Origin: Bacteroidota bacterium
GTDB lineage: Bacteria > Bacteroidota > Bacteroidia > Bacteroidales > JACABE01
Assembly: GCA_037134755.1 (NCBI GenBank)
Contig: JBAXLO010000001.1
Span: forward strand, 1-58,299
Direction of reading: 5' to 3'
DNA length: 58,299 bases
Below, in pieces: positions 34,561-43,872 of the stretch. The translations under genes and the position numbers were made by a program. The notes beneath the pieces are model-generated. The model searched no databases, was not told the DNA's origin, and worked only from the letters and a program-made list of their open reading frames with translations. How positions within the stretch are numbered: position 1 is the stretch's first letter; the number at the start of each line of letters is the position of its first letter.

Positions 34561-37500
34561 TTATTGCTTTATTAAATTGAGCATTGCTTTGACCTCGCCC
34601 TTTTCTCTCAATACTACTTTATAGATGCCAGACAGATAAGAGAGAGTGTTTATTTTTGTTTGGGATGATGCTTTCGTAAGTTTCTCTTCATATAGTATCT
34701 GACCTAAAATATTATATAAAGTTAAGATAGCATCTGTCTCTAATTTGGGATAAGTTATATTAACCTCAGCAGTTGCCGGATTAGGATATATTAGATATTC
34801 AATCTCTTTGTTGAAGCTTGCTATGCCTCCTGTGCAATTTATTACATTAATAGGGAAGTAGGGAGAGAAAGTTCCATCACCACAACCATTATGACCGTAA
34901 ACAATTAAATCGCCGGAAGTTGCGGATGAAGAAAAGTTAATAGTAGTAAAGCTGCCGTTGCCATTTATAGTAGCACCACTCCCAGTGTAATACCATGTAT
35001 AAGAGGTTGCATTGGTAAGAGCATCAATCGAAAAAGGAACACTGGTGTCGCCCAAACAAACAATATGACCTTGATGTGGAGCGGTGGAGGTAATGATCTT
35101 AGCAGAGTCGGGTATCGTTGCACTTACATTAATACTTTTGGCTGAAGCGGCGCCACTTCCACACAAATTGCTGCCATACACATGAATGTAGCTTGTAAGG
35201 GCATTACTTCCAAAGCTTAGAGCAATTGAATTAGTGGTGCTTGAACCGGTAATACCTGTTGGCAGTGTCCATATGTAAGATGAAGCATATGCAATAGCAG
35301 GCACGGTATACACTACATTGTTAGTACCCCTGCATACACTAGTGTTTCCTGATATAGTCCCTGCTGCCGCAGGATCGTTTAATACTGTTAATGTTAAAGT
35401 AACAATTGAATCGCAACCAATAACAGAAGTAAAAGGTTTTGTGTGGACTCCTGAGGTAGAATAGCTAATCCCTGCAAAGTTATAGGATTGACCGGGACAA
35501 ATACTTACACTAAACGAAGTATAATAGGGTTCATGTATTATAATTGGCAATGTCGTTGAGGTTCCGTTCCCACATTTATTATGTCCTTTCACTATGATAT
35601 TTCCCTGATTTAAACTCGAACTAATATTGGTGATAATACTATTTGTAGTTGTTGTATCTGTTGTGTTATTTAGCACGTTCCATATATAAGAAGTGGCATT
35701 CGTGATTGTATTTGTAGTGTAAGTTATATTACTCATCGTATCACATACATCCGTCAAGCCTTGTATAGCATCAGGTGCACCTATCACAGGGTTTACATTT
35801 ACATGTAATGAAGAAGTATTGCCTACGCCTAATGAATTAAGACCATGTACAGTAATATTGCCTGATACTGCCGACATACTTACCGCAACAATAATAGAAT
35901 CATTATTTATTGTAGTTGTAAATCCACTAGGAACTGTCCAGATATAAGAAGTAGCTCCTATTATAACAGGTACTGAATAAACGAGATTGGAATTGCCTTT
36001 GCAAACTATTGTGTCGCCAGTTATTGAGCCGGCAGCGTAGGGAGTAAGTATTTCAGTCAAGTTTCTTTTCCAAATTCCATTAGCTGTAGTAATAAACAGA
36101 TTGTTTGCAAATACAATAGATGCCATAACATAAGTGCTATCAGGAAGACCATTGTTAGCAGCTATCCAGCTTGCTCCGTAATTTGTCGATATAAATACAC
36201 CGCCACCGAAGCTTCCGGCAATTAAGTAGCTTCCATTATTGAATAGCGAAACTATCTTTGTATTTGTCAATCCATTGTTGATAGCATTCCAAGTTGAAGT
36301 GTTGTTGTATGAAACATAAACACCTTGGTCAGTGCCGGCATATATAGAATCACCTTTAATAACTATTGAATTAATATTGGTAGAAGCAGGCAAGCCGCTA
36401 TTAGATAAAGTCCAGCTTGCACCATTATTTATCGACAAATAAACACCACTACTCGTCCCGGCATAAATATTATTTCCACTCATTGCCAAAGCGTAAGTGG
36501 GAGGCAGGGCAATGCCATTGTTTTTTCCTGTCCAGCTTGTGCCGTTATTAGCTGAGTAATAGATGCTATCGCCACTGGCTGCATACACAAGAGTTCCTTT
36601 GGCTGTTATCGAGTAAATATCAGTGCTCGTCAAACCACTGTTGACCGTTGCCCAACTAGTGCCGTAGTTTTTCGAAATATAAACTCCACCATAAGTACCG
36701 GCATAAAGGTTGGTGTCATTTGTTGTTAATGATAATATATATTGACTGTTAAAAGTGGTTAAGCCCGAATCTTTAGCTATCCATGTAGCACCTGTGTCAG
36801 CTGACATGAAGATTCCATTATCAGTACTTGCGTAGATTTTAGAATTGCAGCTTACTAATGAAGTAATCTCTAAACTGCTTATCCCATTATTATTAATTGT
36901 CCATGATGTTCCGGTGTTTGCCGAAATATGAATTCCATCTCTTGTTCCTGCATATACATTGCTCCCTATTACAACCAACCCATAAACATATTTACTGTTC
37001 AATGATGTTAATCCGGTATTTACTGCTGCCCAACTTGAACCACTATTTGTTGATAAAAAGACTCCTCCGCCATTTGTTCCTGCAAATATATTGGTGCCAT
37101 CAGTTGCCAGCGAAATTACATTTAAGTTAGTTAGTCCTGTATTAGCAGCCGCCCAACTTGTACCGTTATTTGTTGATTTATATATCCCGTTTTGGTAGGT
37201 ACTTGCATATAAACTGCTGCCATTTGCAATCAATGATGTTATTATAATACCGCCTATTGTGGCATTTGATAATAAACTAGTGTTTACAGCTGTCCATAAA
37301 GTACCGTTGTTAGATGTTATGTAGACGCCTCCGCCCCATGTAGCAGCAAAAATATTGTTGCCGATGACAGCTAAAGCTGTAATTTCGGTATGTTTAAAAC
37401 CTGTGTTAACAGCTACCCAACTCAAACCGCTATTTGTTGATAGAAATACACCACCGTAATAAGTGCCTGCAAATACATTAGTACCATAAACAGCTAATGA

Positions 37501-37842
37501 AAGTACGCTTAAATAATTTAAGCCGGTGTTTACATCAAACCAGCTAGTTCCGTTATCTAATGTTTTATATACTCCTTGATTAGTGCCGGCAAAGAGTGTA
37601 GTTCCGCTTACCGCAAATGTATTTACGTAAACTCCGGAAGGTAATCCTTTGTTTACAGCTAGCCAAGTGATACCATTGTCAGATGAAACAAAAACACCAC
37701 CACTTCCCCCTGCAAATATTTTAGAATTACAACTAGTGATACAACTTACTCTTCCTCCATAAGGCCCTAAAGTTTGCACCCATTGTGCATTAGCAACATT
37801 CATCACAAACATTGCTGCTAAGAGAAGTATAATTTTTTTCAT
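34561..37842 (-). CDS. large T9SS-secreted protein: BNR-like beta-propeller repeats + PKD-like Ig domains + Por C-terminal sorting domain
   Basis: 1093 aa. Signal MKKIILLLAAMFVMNVANAQW. Many GGGVFLSTNSGxSWxAVNTGL repeats. C.G....Y.VP...GA.SY.W..P.G modules. CTD is IYPNPATAEVNITY...GIYKVVL. Confidence 0.8.
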   Translation of the reverse strand: MKKIILLLAAMFVMNVANAQWVQTLGPYGGRVSCITSCNSKIFAGGSGGVFVSSDNGITWLAVNKGLPSGVYVNTFAVSGTTLFAGTNQGVYKTLDNGTSWFDVNTGLNYLSVLSLAVYGTNVFAGTYYGGVFLSTNSGLSWVAVNTGFKHTEITALAVIGNNIFAATWGGGVYITSNNGTLWTAVNTSLLSNATIGGIIITSLIANGSSLYASTYQNGIYKSTNNGTSWAAANTGLTNLNVISLATDGTNIFAGTNGGGVFLSTNSGSSWAAVNTGLTSLNSKYVYGLVVIGSNVYAGTRDGIHISANTGTSWTINNNGISSLEITSLVSCNSKIYASTDNGIFMSADTGATWIAKDSGLTTFNSQYILSLTTNDTNLYAGTYGGVYISKNYGTSWATVNSGLTSTDIYSITAKGTLVYAASGDSIYYSANNGTSWTGKNNGIALPPTYALAMSGNNIYAGTSSGVYLSINNGASWTLSNSGLPASTNINSIVIKGDSIYAGTDQGVYVSYNNTSTWNAINNGLTNTKIVSLFNNGSYLIAGSFGGGVFISTNYGASWIAANNGLPDSTYVMASIVFANNLFITTANGIWKRNLTEILTPYAAGSITGDTIVCKGNSNLVYSVPVIIGATSYIWTVPSGFTTTINNDSIIVAVSMSAVSGNITVHGLNSLGVGNTSSLHVNVNPVIGAPDAIQGLTDVCDTMSNITYTTNTITNATSYIWNVLNNTTDTTTTNSIITNISSSLNQGNIIVKGHNKCGNGTSTTLPIIIHEPYYTSFSVSICPGQSYNFAGISYSTSGVHTKPFTSVIGCDSIVTLTLTVLNDPAAAGTISGNTSVCRGTNNVVYTVPAIAYASSYIWTLPTGITGSSTTNSIALSFGSNALTSYIHVYGSNLCGSGAASAKSINVSATIPDSAKIITSTAPHQGHIVCLGDTSVPFSIDALTNATSYTWYYTGSGATINGNGSFTTINFSSSATSGDLIVYGHNGCGDGTFSPYFPINVINCTGGIASFNKEIEYLIYPNPATAEVNITYPKLETDAILTLYNILGQILYEEKLTKASSQTKINTLSYLSGIYKVVLREKGEVKAMLNLIKQ

Positions 37843-37864
37843 GTTAACATTTATTATTTCATTC

Positions 37865-37892
37865 CGTAATTCGTAATTCGTAATTCGTAATT
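37865..37892. repeat. heptanucleotide tandem repeat (CGTAATT)x4 in the 5' region of 34561..37842
   Basis: Four perfect units at 37865, 37872, 37879 and 37886. They lie 23-50 nt upstream of the minus-strand ATG at 37842. Confidence 0.9.
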
Positions 37893-37897
37893 GGTTC

Positions 37898-39703
37898 TCA
37901 TTCCTTTACAAACTTCCTTACCACTGTTTCCTTATCTGTATACAACTTTAAGATATAAACCCCTTTCGCGAAAGCGGAAGTATTAATTACCACTTTCTTA
38001 TTAATAATAGTTGTATATATAGTTTGCCCGATAAGGTTTATTATCTCTATTCTTTGTTCTTTATTTGTGTTTGTTTCTATTATAAGATTATTTGTTGTAG
38101 GATTAGGGTATATAGATATAGATTCATTAAGAGTATTACTAATTATCCCTTGTGTTGATGTGAAATTAGCAAACAAATACCTATCGGCAGTAACATTAAA
38201 AGTATAACTTGTATCAATACAAATTATATTCCCATTCTCTGTCCAATATGTAAAAGCATAATCTGCATTAGGTATTGCTAATAAAGAACATGATTGATTA
38301 AATATATATGTACCACCACCAATAATAGATCCACCTGTAGTTGGAATTGCATAAGTAGTAATTGTATATTGAGGTAAAGTTTGTGTGAAGTTTGCAATCA
38401 GATTCCTATTCCCTGTAACTGTAAATGTATAATTTGTATCAGTACTTACAATATTCCCGTTCTCAGTCCAGTCTATAAAAGCATTACCATTAAAAGGTAT
38501 TGCATTTACACTACATATTTGACCTGAAACATATAACCCACCACCATAAGATGTTCCTTCAATAGCAGGGTTTGTAGTAGTTGTTATTGTATATAATTGT
38601 AGAAAATTAGCAACCAGATTTCTGCTTGCAGTAATAGTAAAAGTAAAAATGCTGTCAGTACTAACAATATTTCCATTCTCTGTCCAATTTACAAAACCAT
38701 ATCCTATATTAGATAGTGCTTTTACTGTACATGTTTGAGTAAAAGTAAATATACCATTTCCTAAAGCTGAACCACCGATATTTGGACTTGAAGTTGTTGT
38801 TATTGTGTCTTGTTCTAATAATGAACGTTTCCATATACCATCAAAAACACCACCACTTATTACCCAAGTTCCTGCAAGAAGAGTGTTTCCACATATAGCG
38901 ATACTATTAACTGAAAAACCAGCTAAACCTATAAAATTCCAACTGTTACCATTATCTGTTGATAAATAGACACCATTTTCTGTTGCTGCAAAAATAGTAT
39001 CACCTTTAATGGCTAATGAAAAGACATTAGTATCTGTTAAACCGTTATTCACTGGTGTCCAATATGCACCATTGTTTGTAGATAAAAATACACCATTATC
39101 TGTACCTACAAAAATATTATTACCATTTATGGCTAAAGAATTGACTTCAAAATTTAATGATAATGACCAATTATTTCCATTAATTGTTGATATATATAAA
39201 CCATTACCATAAGTACCTGCAAAAATAGTATCACCTTTAATAGCTAATGACATAATTTCATTAGATATTAAGCTTGTATTTACCGCTGTCCAACTGCTTC
39301 CATAATTAGTTGATAAAAACACACCTCCTCCAAATGTAGCAGCAAAGATATTATTTCCGCTTATGGCTAATTGACTAACATTAAGATTAGATAAACCTGT
39401 ATTAACAGCATTCCATGTATTCCCATTATCTGTTGATAAAAACACACCATCACCCCAGGACCCATAAAAAATATTGCTATCTTTTATCACTATTGCATCT
39501 ATACTATTAGCTATTGAATCTTTTGTAATCCAACTGTATCCATTATCTGTTGATGTCATCATAACACCCTCAACAGTACCCGCATAAATAGTATTCCCAA
39601 TTGTTGCAAAACAATCTCCAGAGTTACCAGATACTTTTTGCCACTGTGCATTTGCAAAGCTTATTGTAAAGATTGCTGCTAATAAAAGAATGTATTTTTT
39701 CAT
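37898..39703 (-). CDS. T9SS-secreted BNR-like beta-propeller protein with three InlB-B-repeat-like domains
   Basis: 601 aa. Signal MKKYILLLAAIFTISFANAQW. STDNGNSW-type repeats. Three modules of the form GYGFVNWTENGNIVSTDSIFTFTITASRNLVANF. CTD is IYPNPTTNNLIIE...KETVVRKFVKE. Confidence 0.8.
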   Translation of the reverse strand: MKKYILLLAAIFTISFANAQWQKVSGNSGDCFATIGNTIYAGTVEGVMMTSTDNGYSWITKDSIANSIDAIVIKDSNIFYGSWGDGVFLSTDNGNTWNAVNTGLSNLNVSQLAISGNNIFAATFGGGVFLSTNYGSSWTAVNTSLISNEIMSLAIKGDTIFAGTYGNGLYISTINGNNWSLSLNFEVNSLAINGNNIFVGTDNGVFLSTNNGAYWTPVNNGLTDTNVFSLAIKGDTIFAATENGVYLSTDNGNSWNFIGLAGFSVNSIAICGNTLLAGTWVISGGVFDGIWKRSLLEQDTITTTSSPNIGGSALGNGIFTFTQTCTVKALSNIGYGFVNWTENGNIVSTDSIFTFTITASRNLVANFLQLYTITTTTNPAIEGTSYGGGLYVSGQICSVNAIPFNGNAFIDWTENGNIVSTDTNYTFTVTGNRNLIANFTQTLPQYTITTYAIPTTGGSIIGGGTYIFNQSCSLLAIPNADYAFTYWTENGNIICIDTSYTFNVTADRYLFANFTSTQGIISNTLNESISIYPNPTTNNLIIETNTNKEQRIEIINLIGQTIYTTIINKKVVINTSAFAKGVYILKLYTDKETVVRKFVKE

Positions 39704-39769
39704 AGTATAAATGTTTAGGTATATAATAATTTGTAAAATTAAACTTTTATTTAATACGAGTTGTAAATT

Positions 39770-40396
39770 TTATATAATTGTTTTTATTTTCTTTGATTTT
39801 GTAGCATATTTATACGTGAAATTGATTTTTTTGTTTGTTAAATCCCAAGTTGATAATTCTTCTTCAATAAGCAATGAATGTTTTTTAGAAATATCTCTTA
39901 ACGAATTACCAACTGATTTCCTTAAATACTCACTCTCGTTTGCTTTATGCTGACTTATTAATTGAATTGTTATCTTCGGATTAGTTTTAAAGTAAGGGCG
40001 ACCTGTCCAAATTCTTAATCCTTCGGTAACTGCTCTACATACATTTGGATTTTCATCACTTAACCAATCCTTAATAATAGGTAAAGATTTTTCATAACCT
40101 GTATCCTTGCAGTATTGATCAAATGCTTTTGCAAGTATCTCTTGAACCTGCCAGCTTTTATCATAACTTACTTTAGTTCTTAAAATATGTAATGCAGCTA
40201 TATCTTTTGACGAAATAAAACCTAAGATAAATACTGCCAGACATCTCACCTGATACACATCACTTTTTAATAAATCACAAGCAATATTCATGGAATCTAA
40301 AATAGTTTTTGAACTAAATATATTTTGGGCTTCAAATTCTATCGGTTTAAACCCATTGTCAATCTTTGATATTTTATTAATAATTTCCTCAATCAT
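39770..40396 (-). CDS. DNA alkylation repair protein (AlkD-like HEAT-repeat family)
   Basis: 208 aa with HEAT-like repeats. YQVRCLAVFILG, SWQVQEILAKAFDQYC and WLSDENPNVCRAVTEGLRIWTGRPYFK are typical of the DNA_alkylation family. Confidence 0.7.
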   Translation of the reverse strand: MIEEIINKISKIDNGFKPIEFEAQNIFSSKTILDSMNIACDLLKSDVYQVRCLAVFILGFISSKDIAALHILRTKVSYDKSWQVQEILAKAFDQYCKDTGYEKSLPIIKDWLSDENPNVCRAVTEGLRIWTGRPYFKTNPKITIQLISQHKANESEYLRKSVGNSLRDISKKHSLLIEEELSTWDLTNKKINFTYKYATKSKKIKTII

Positions 40397-40420
40397 ATAA
40401 TTATTATATTTATAAAATAT

Positions 40421-41998
40421 CTATTCCTTTACAAACTTCCTTACCACTGTTTCCTTATCTGATAATAGTTTTAAGATATAAACCCCATTTGCGAAAGCGG
40501 AAGTATTAACTATAGCTTTCTTATTAATAATAGTAGTAAATGTGGTTTGCCCGATAAGGTTTACGATCTCTAGTCTTTGGTTTGTATTAGAGTTTGTTTC
40601 TATTGTAAGATTGTCTCTGGTGGGGTTGGGGTAGATTGATATGTTTGTTTCTGATTTATTAATAATACCAACAGTTGATGTTGTATCAATATATTTTCCT
40701 AATTGATATTTATTGGATACGCTGAGATATTTAAAATAAAGAGCATTATTAAAAACAATTAAATTGCCTAAAACTCCCATGTCTGATGATGAAGAATTTT
40801 GGATTTTGACAAAAGGAGTACCATCATATTTAGTAAGGACATACTTACTGTTCATATCTGAATAACAATAATACAATTTATTATTATAAACTATTGGGCT
40901 ATCAAAAAAACCTGAACCTGTAGAATCAGGTCTCTGTAAACAATATACAGAAATATTGTCATATTTGGAAATACAATTAGCATTATTAATTGTATTATTT
41001 ATAAAATACATATAATCATTATATATTATACTGCATCCTTGATAACCAAAATCATCATAAGGATTAATATCATATGTTCCTTCTAACCAAGCTCCATTAT
41101 TATTACTATCCCATTTTGATAATGCGGAGGTTGTCCAATGTGTTCCCATTAAAACGCCTTCATATTTATCGCCTATAAGTAAATAATTGTTATATAGTAT
41201 AGGTGAAAAATAACCATAATCACTAATTCCGATTAAATTAATTGAATCTCCATTAAATTTAGCTAATGCTTCATAACCATTATAGGGATAATCATTTGGA
41301 GTAGAAATATGATAATTAAAATATAATGCTTGATTATATACAATAAGACTATTTTGAAAACCCCATTTGCCTGTATCAGGGTTTGCAATGATTTGCAAAT
41401 TCACACCATCATAGCTAGCTAAATAACTTAAACTTGTATCCTGATACCCGAAAAATAATTTGTTATTATAAATTATCGGACTCCATACAGCACAGCCAAG
41501 ATCTGAAGTATTAAGATTATTTATTAGTGAAATGTCATTACCATTAAGAAAAGCTAATTGATATTTGCTTGAAGCATTTTTATATGGTAAATACAGATTA
41601 TTATTAAATACAAATGGAATTCCCGAAATACCATAATCGGCAGTATTAATATTAGATATCAATGATAATGTTGTATCATTATATTTTGCCAAAAAATTAA
41701 CACTATTTGAATCTTTATATGAAAAATATAAATTATTATTATATAAAACAGCTTGACCGGTCATACCCAAATCAGAAGAAGAAGGATTTGGAATTAATGT
41801 AACTGTAATGCCATCATATTTTGCTAATTGGAACTTCTTAGTAGAATTGCAGTATTGAAAATAAAGATTATTATTGAAAATAATAGGATAAGCCATAAAC
41901 CCTGAATCTAATGGTGAAGGGTTTGATATTAATGTTAACTGTGCATTAGCAACATTCATCACAAAGATTGCAATTAAGAGAAGAAATACTTTTTTCAT
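40421..41998 (-). CDS. T9SS-secreted repeat protein (LAKYDG...YNNxLYF repeats, ELWxxDGT-repeat-like)
   Basis: About nine repeats of the form LAKYDGxxxxLIxNPxxxDxGxxxxxxxYNNNLYFxY. CTD is IYPNPTRDNLTIE...KETVVRKFVKE. The start at 41998 (MKKVFLLLIAIFVMNVANAQ) is preferred over the upstream ATG at 42010. Confidence 0.75.
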   Translation of the reverse strand: MKKVFLLLIAIFVMNVANAQLTLISNPSPLDSGFMAYPIIFNNNLYFQYCNSTKKFQLAKYDGITVTLIPNPSSSDLGMTGQAVLYNNNLYFSYKDSNSVNFLAKYNDTTLSLISNINTADYGISGIPFVFNNNLYLPYKNASSKYQLAFLNGNDISLINNLNTSDLGCAVWSPIIYNNKLFFGYQDTSLSYLASYDGVNLQIIANPDTGKWGFQNSLIVYNQALYFNYHISTPNDYPYNGYEALAKFNGDSINLIGISDYGYFSPILYNNYLLIGDKYEGVLMGTHWTTSALSKWDSNNNGAWLEGTYDINPYDDFGYQGCSIIYNDYMYFINNTINNANCISKYDNISVYCLQRPDSTGSGFFDSPIVYNNKLYYCYSDMNSKYVLTKYDGTPFVKIQNSSSSDMGVLGNLIVFNNALYFKYLSVSNKYQLGKYIDTTSTVGIINKSETNISIYPNPTRDNLTIETNSNTNQRLEIVNLIGQTTFTTIINKKAIVNTSAFANGVYILKLLSDKETVVRKFVKE

Positions 41999-42190
41999 AA
42001 TAAGATTCATTTTAAATAAGACAACAAAGATACTACTTATTTCTTAATTCAATACATTATTTTAATATTAATCACTTTCATGAAAAAGATAAGAGGCTAA
42101 GCAGTAGCACTAGTTAAAGAGATGTTGAAAATAAATGCTAACAAAGTGAAAATAAATGAAAATAAAAGAACTTAGGTCTTAAAAAATGCT

Positions 42191-42900
42191 TATATTTGCA
42201 ATCAAATTATGGTATAACAATTTTCAAACGTTTTATGGGCTTTATCTAATATAAAAATAATGACAACTTCAGCTACTTATGTAAGAAATATTCTTAAAAG
42301 TTGCATAGAATTAAAACTCCGTGGTGTCATTACTAAGCCAATATCCAAAACAAATTTCGTTAAGAATACTAAAAAACTCCGTTTAGAAGGTCTAATCATA
42401 CCAAATGGCAGTTTAGAGCTAGACTATGACTTCATAGAGTTCGACCGTGACTTCATAGACCTAGACAATGATTGTCTAGACCTAAACCGTGACTGCCTAG
42501 ACCTAGACAATGGCTTCATAGACCTAGACAATGACTTTATAGGTCTAGACAATGACTTTATAAGTCTAGACAATGACTTCATAGATCTAGACAATGACTT
42601 TATAAGCCTAGACAATGATTTCATAGAGCTAGACAATGGCAGTCTAGGCTTAAACCGCTTTTTGGCATTCCTAAGATCTATCATTTTGGTAACGTTCTGT
42701 TATTTGCTTAAATACAAACAAAATAAAATTAAACCATTTTTTAAAATTAAGTACTCGATTTATAATGTTACAGGATTTCATTTTAATTTAGACTTTATTA
42801 ATTTTCATATATTAAGGCAACTTTTTATCATATTTAAGTTGTTGTTTAATCAAAAGCATCAATATTGGTACGAATCGAATTATTTTTCATAGTGTAGATA
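42191..42900 (+). other. conserved-flank tandem-repeat element A (promoter-like box, 5' box, 21-bp array, 3' box); nature unresolved (long leader, ncRNA, small repeat protein or DNA-level element)
   Basis: TATATTTG at 42191-42198. The 5' box at 42303-42345 and the 3' box at 42746-42808 are both shared with element B at 52.5 kb. The track ORF 42260..42892 runs through the whole element. Confidence 0.6.
42398..42649. repeat. tandem array, about 12 x 21 bp (CTAGACAATGACTTCATAGAC)
   Basis: Units start at 42419, 42440, 42461 and so on to 42629, with exact 21-bp spacing. A degenerate unit lies at each end. Confidence 0.95.
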
Positions 42901-42962
42901 TTTAAACTGATAAAATATATACCCTTTAAAAATCATATTTATAATTATTTATATAATACACA

Positions 42963-43571
42963 ATGAAAAATTCGAAAATTAGATTAGATTTTGCTCAATT
43001 ATGTTGGCAATTTCTTATTCCCTTTGCAATGAGTGTGTCGGGATTATTTTATTTACTAACATTTGTATTGGTTCCACCATGCACTAAAATTGAATTAGAT
43101 GCAGCAATTCATGATTTACTTACAAAAGGCGTAGCTTCATTGACTCCCGGTTTAGGAAAAGTTAACTTAAGAGAGGATGCTTATAAAATTGTTGTAAATT
43201 ATCTACGTCAATTGGCCCATTTTGCAGAAATGGAATATGAAGGTGATGGAAAAAAATTACTTTTAACAGGTTTTAATATTTATTCACCTGAATCCGGCTC
43301 AGTCCCTATAATATTTAATGTTATACAGGGAACATTTTCAGGACAGGTTATTGCTAACTGGCCTTTCGACCAAAATAATCATGGCTACGTACTTAGATAT
43401 TCTATTAATGAAGTTGGCTTGAGAGATGTTTACACTGAAGTAAATGCAGGTACAACAGGTTGGACTCTAGAAGGTTTGACACCTTTAAAAGAATATATGT
43501 TCTCTTATTGTGTGGTTTATTCAACTTACAAAGGTACTTTTTGTGATCCTGTTTTCTTAACAGTTATCTAA
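42963..43571 (+). CDS. hypothetical protein: short helical N-part + fibronectin-III-like C-terminal domain (possible truncated member of the orphan family)
   Basis: 202-aa ORF. The C-terminus FSGQVIANWPFDQNNHGYVLRYS......GWTLEGLTPLKEYMFSYCVVYS is FN3-like. It is followed by two hairpins, including the shared terminator. Confidence 0.6.
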   Translation: MKNSKIRLDFAQLCWQFLIPFAMSVSGLFYLLTFVLVPPCTKIELDAAIHDLLTKGVASLTPGLGKVNLREDAYKIVVNYLRQLAHFAEMEYEGDGKKLLLTGFNIYSPESGSVPIIFNVIQGTFSGQVIANWPFDQNNHGYVLRYSINEVGLRDVYTEVNAGTTGWTLEGLTPLKEYMFSYCVVYSTYKGTFCDPVFLTVI

Positions 43572-43613
43572 TCTGTAGGGATATTCCATGGAATGTCCTT
43601 AGATTAAATTACG

Positions 43614-43651
43614 AAAAGAGCCGTCGGCAAACTAATGCTGACGGCTCTTTT
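43614..43651 (+). terminator. terminator hairpin, exact reverse-complement copy of 25253-25292
   Basis: AAAAGAGCCGTCGGCAAACTAATGCTGACGGCTCTTTTT. Confidence 0.75.
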
Positions 43652-43872
43652 TAGCTCTAGTTTATACTATCTCTTTTCAGAGTTTCTTTTGGTTTTTAAT
43701 AGGATTTCAAAGCAAATAGTACTTGCAGGAACTATTAAAGGTTAAAAAACTGTTAAATAATAAGTCTTTTTTCTAATAGTTCGTTTTATATAAGTAATTT
43801 TACCAACTTATTTAATCAAAATTAAATTATATAACCTTAATTAAATTATTAATCTATCTAAACAAATTAGTT

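Noticed and set aside
39711-39953. 80-aa plus-strand ORF between the T9SS gene and the AlkD-like gene
   Set aside because: It overlaps the 3' end of the well-supported minus-strand AlkD-like CDS (39770..40396). Its sequence is hydrophobic and low-complexity with no start context.
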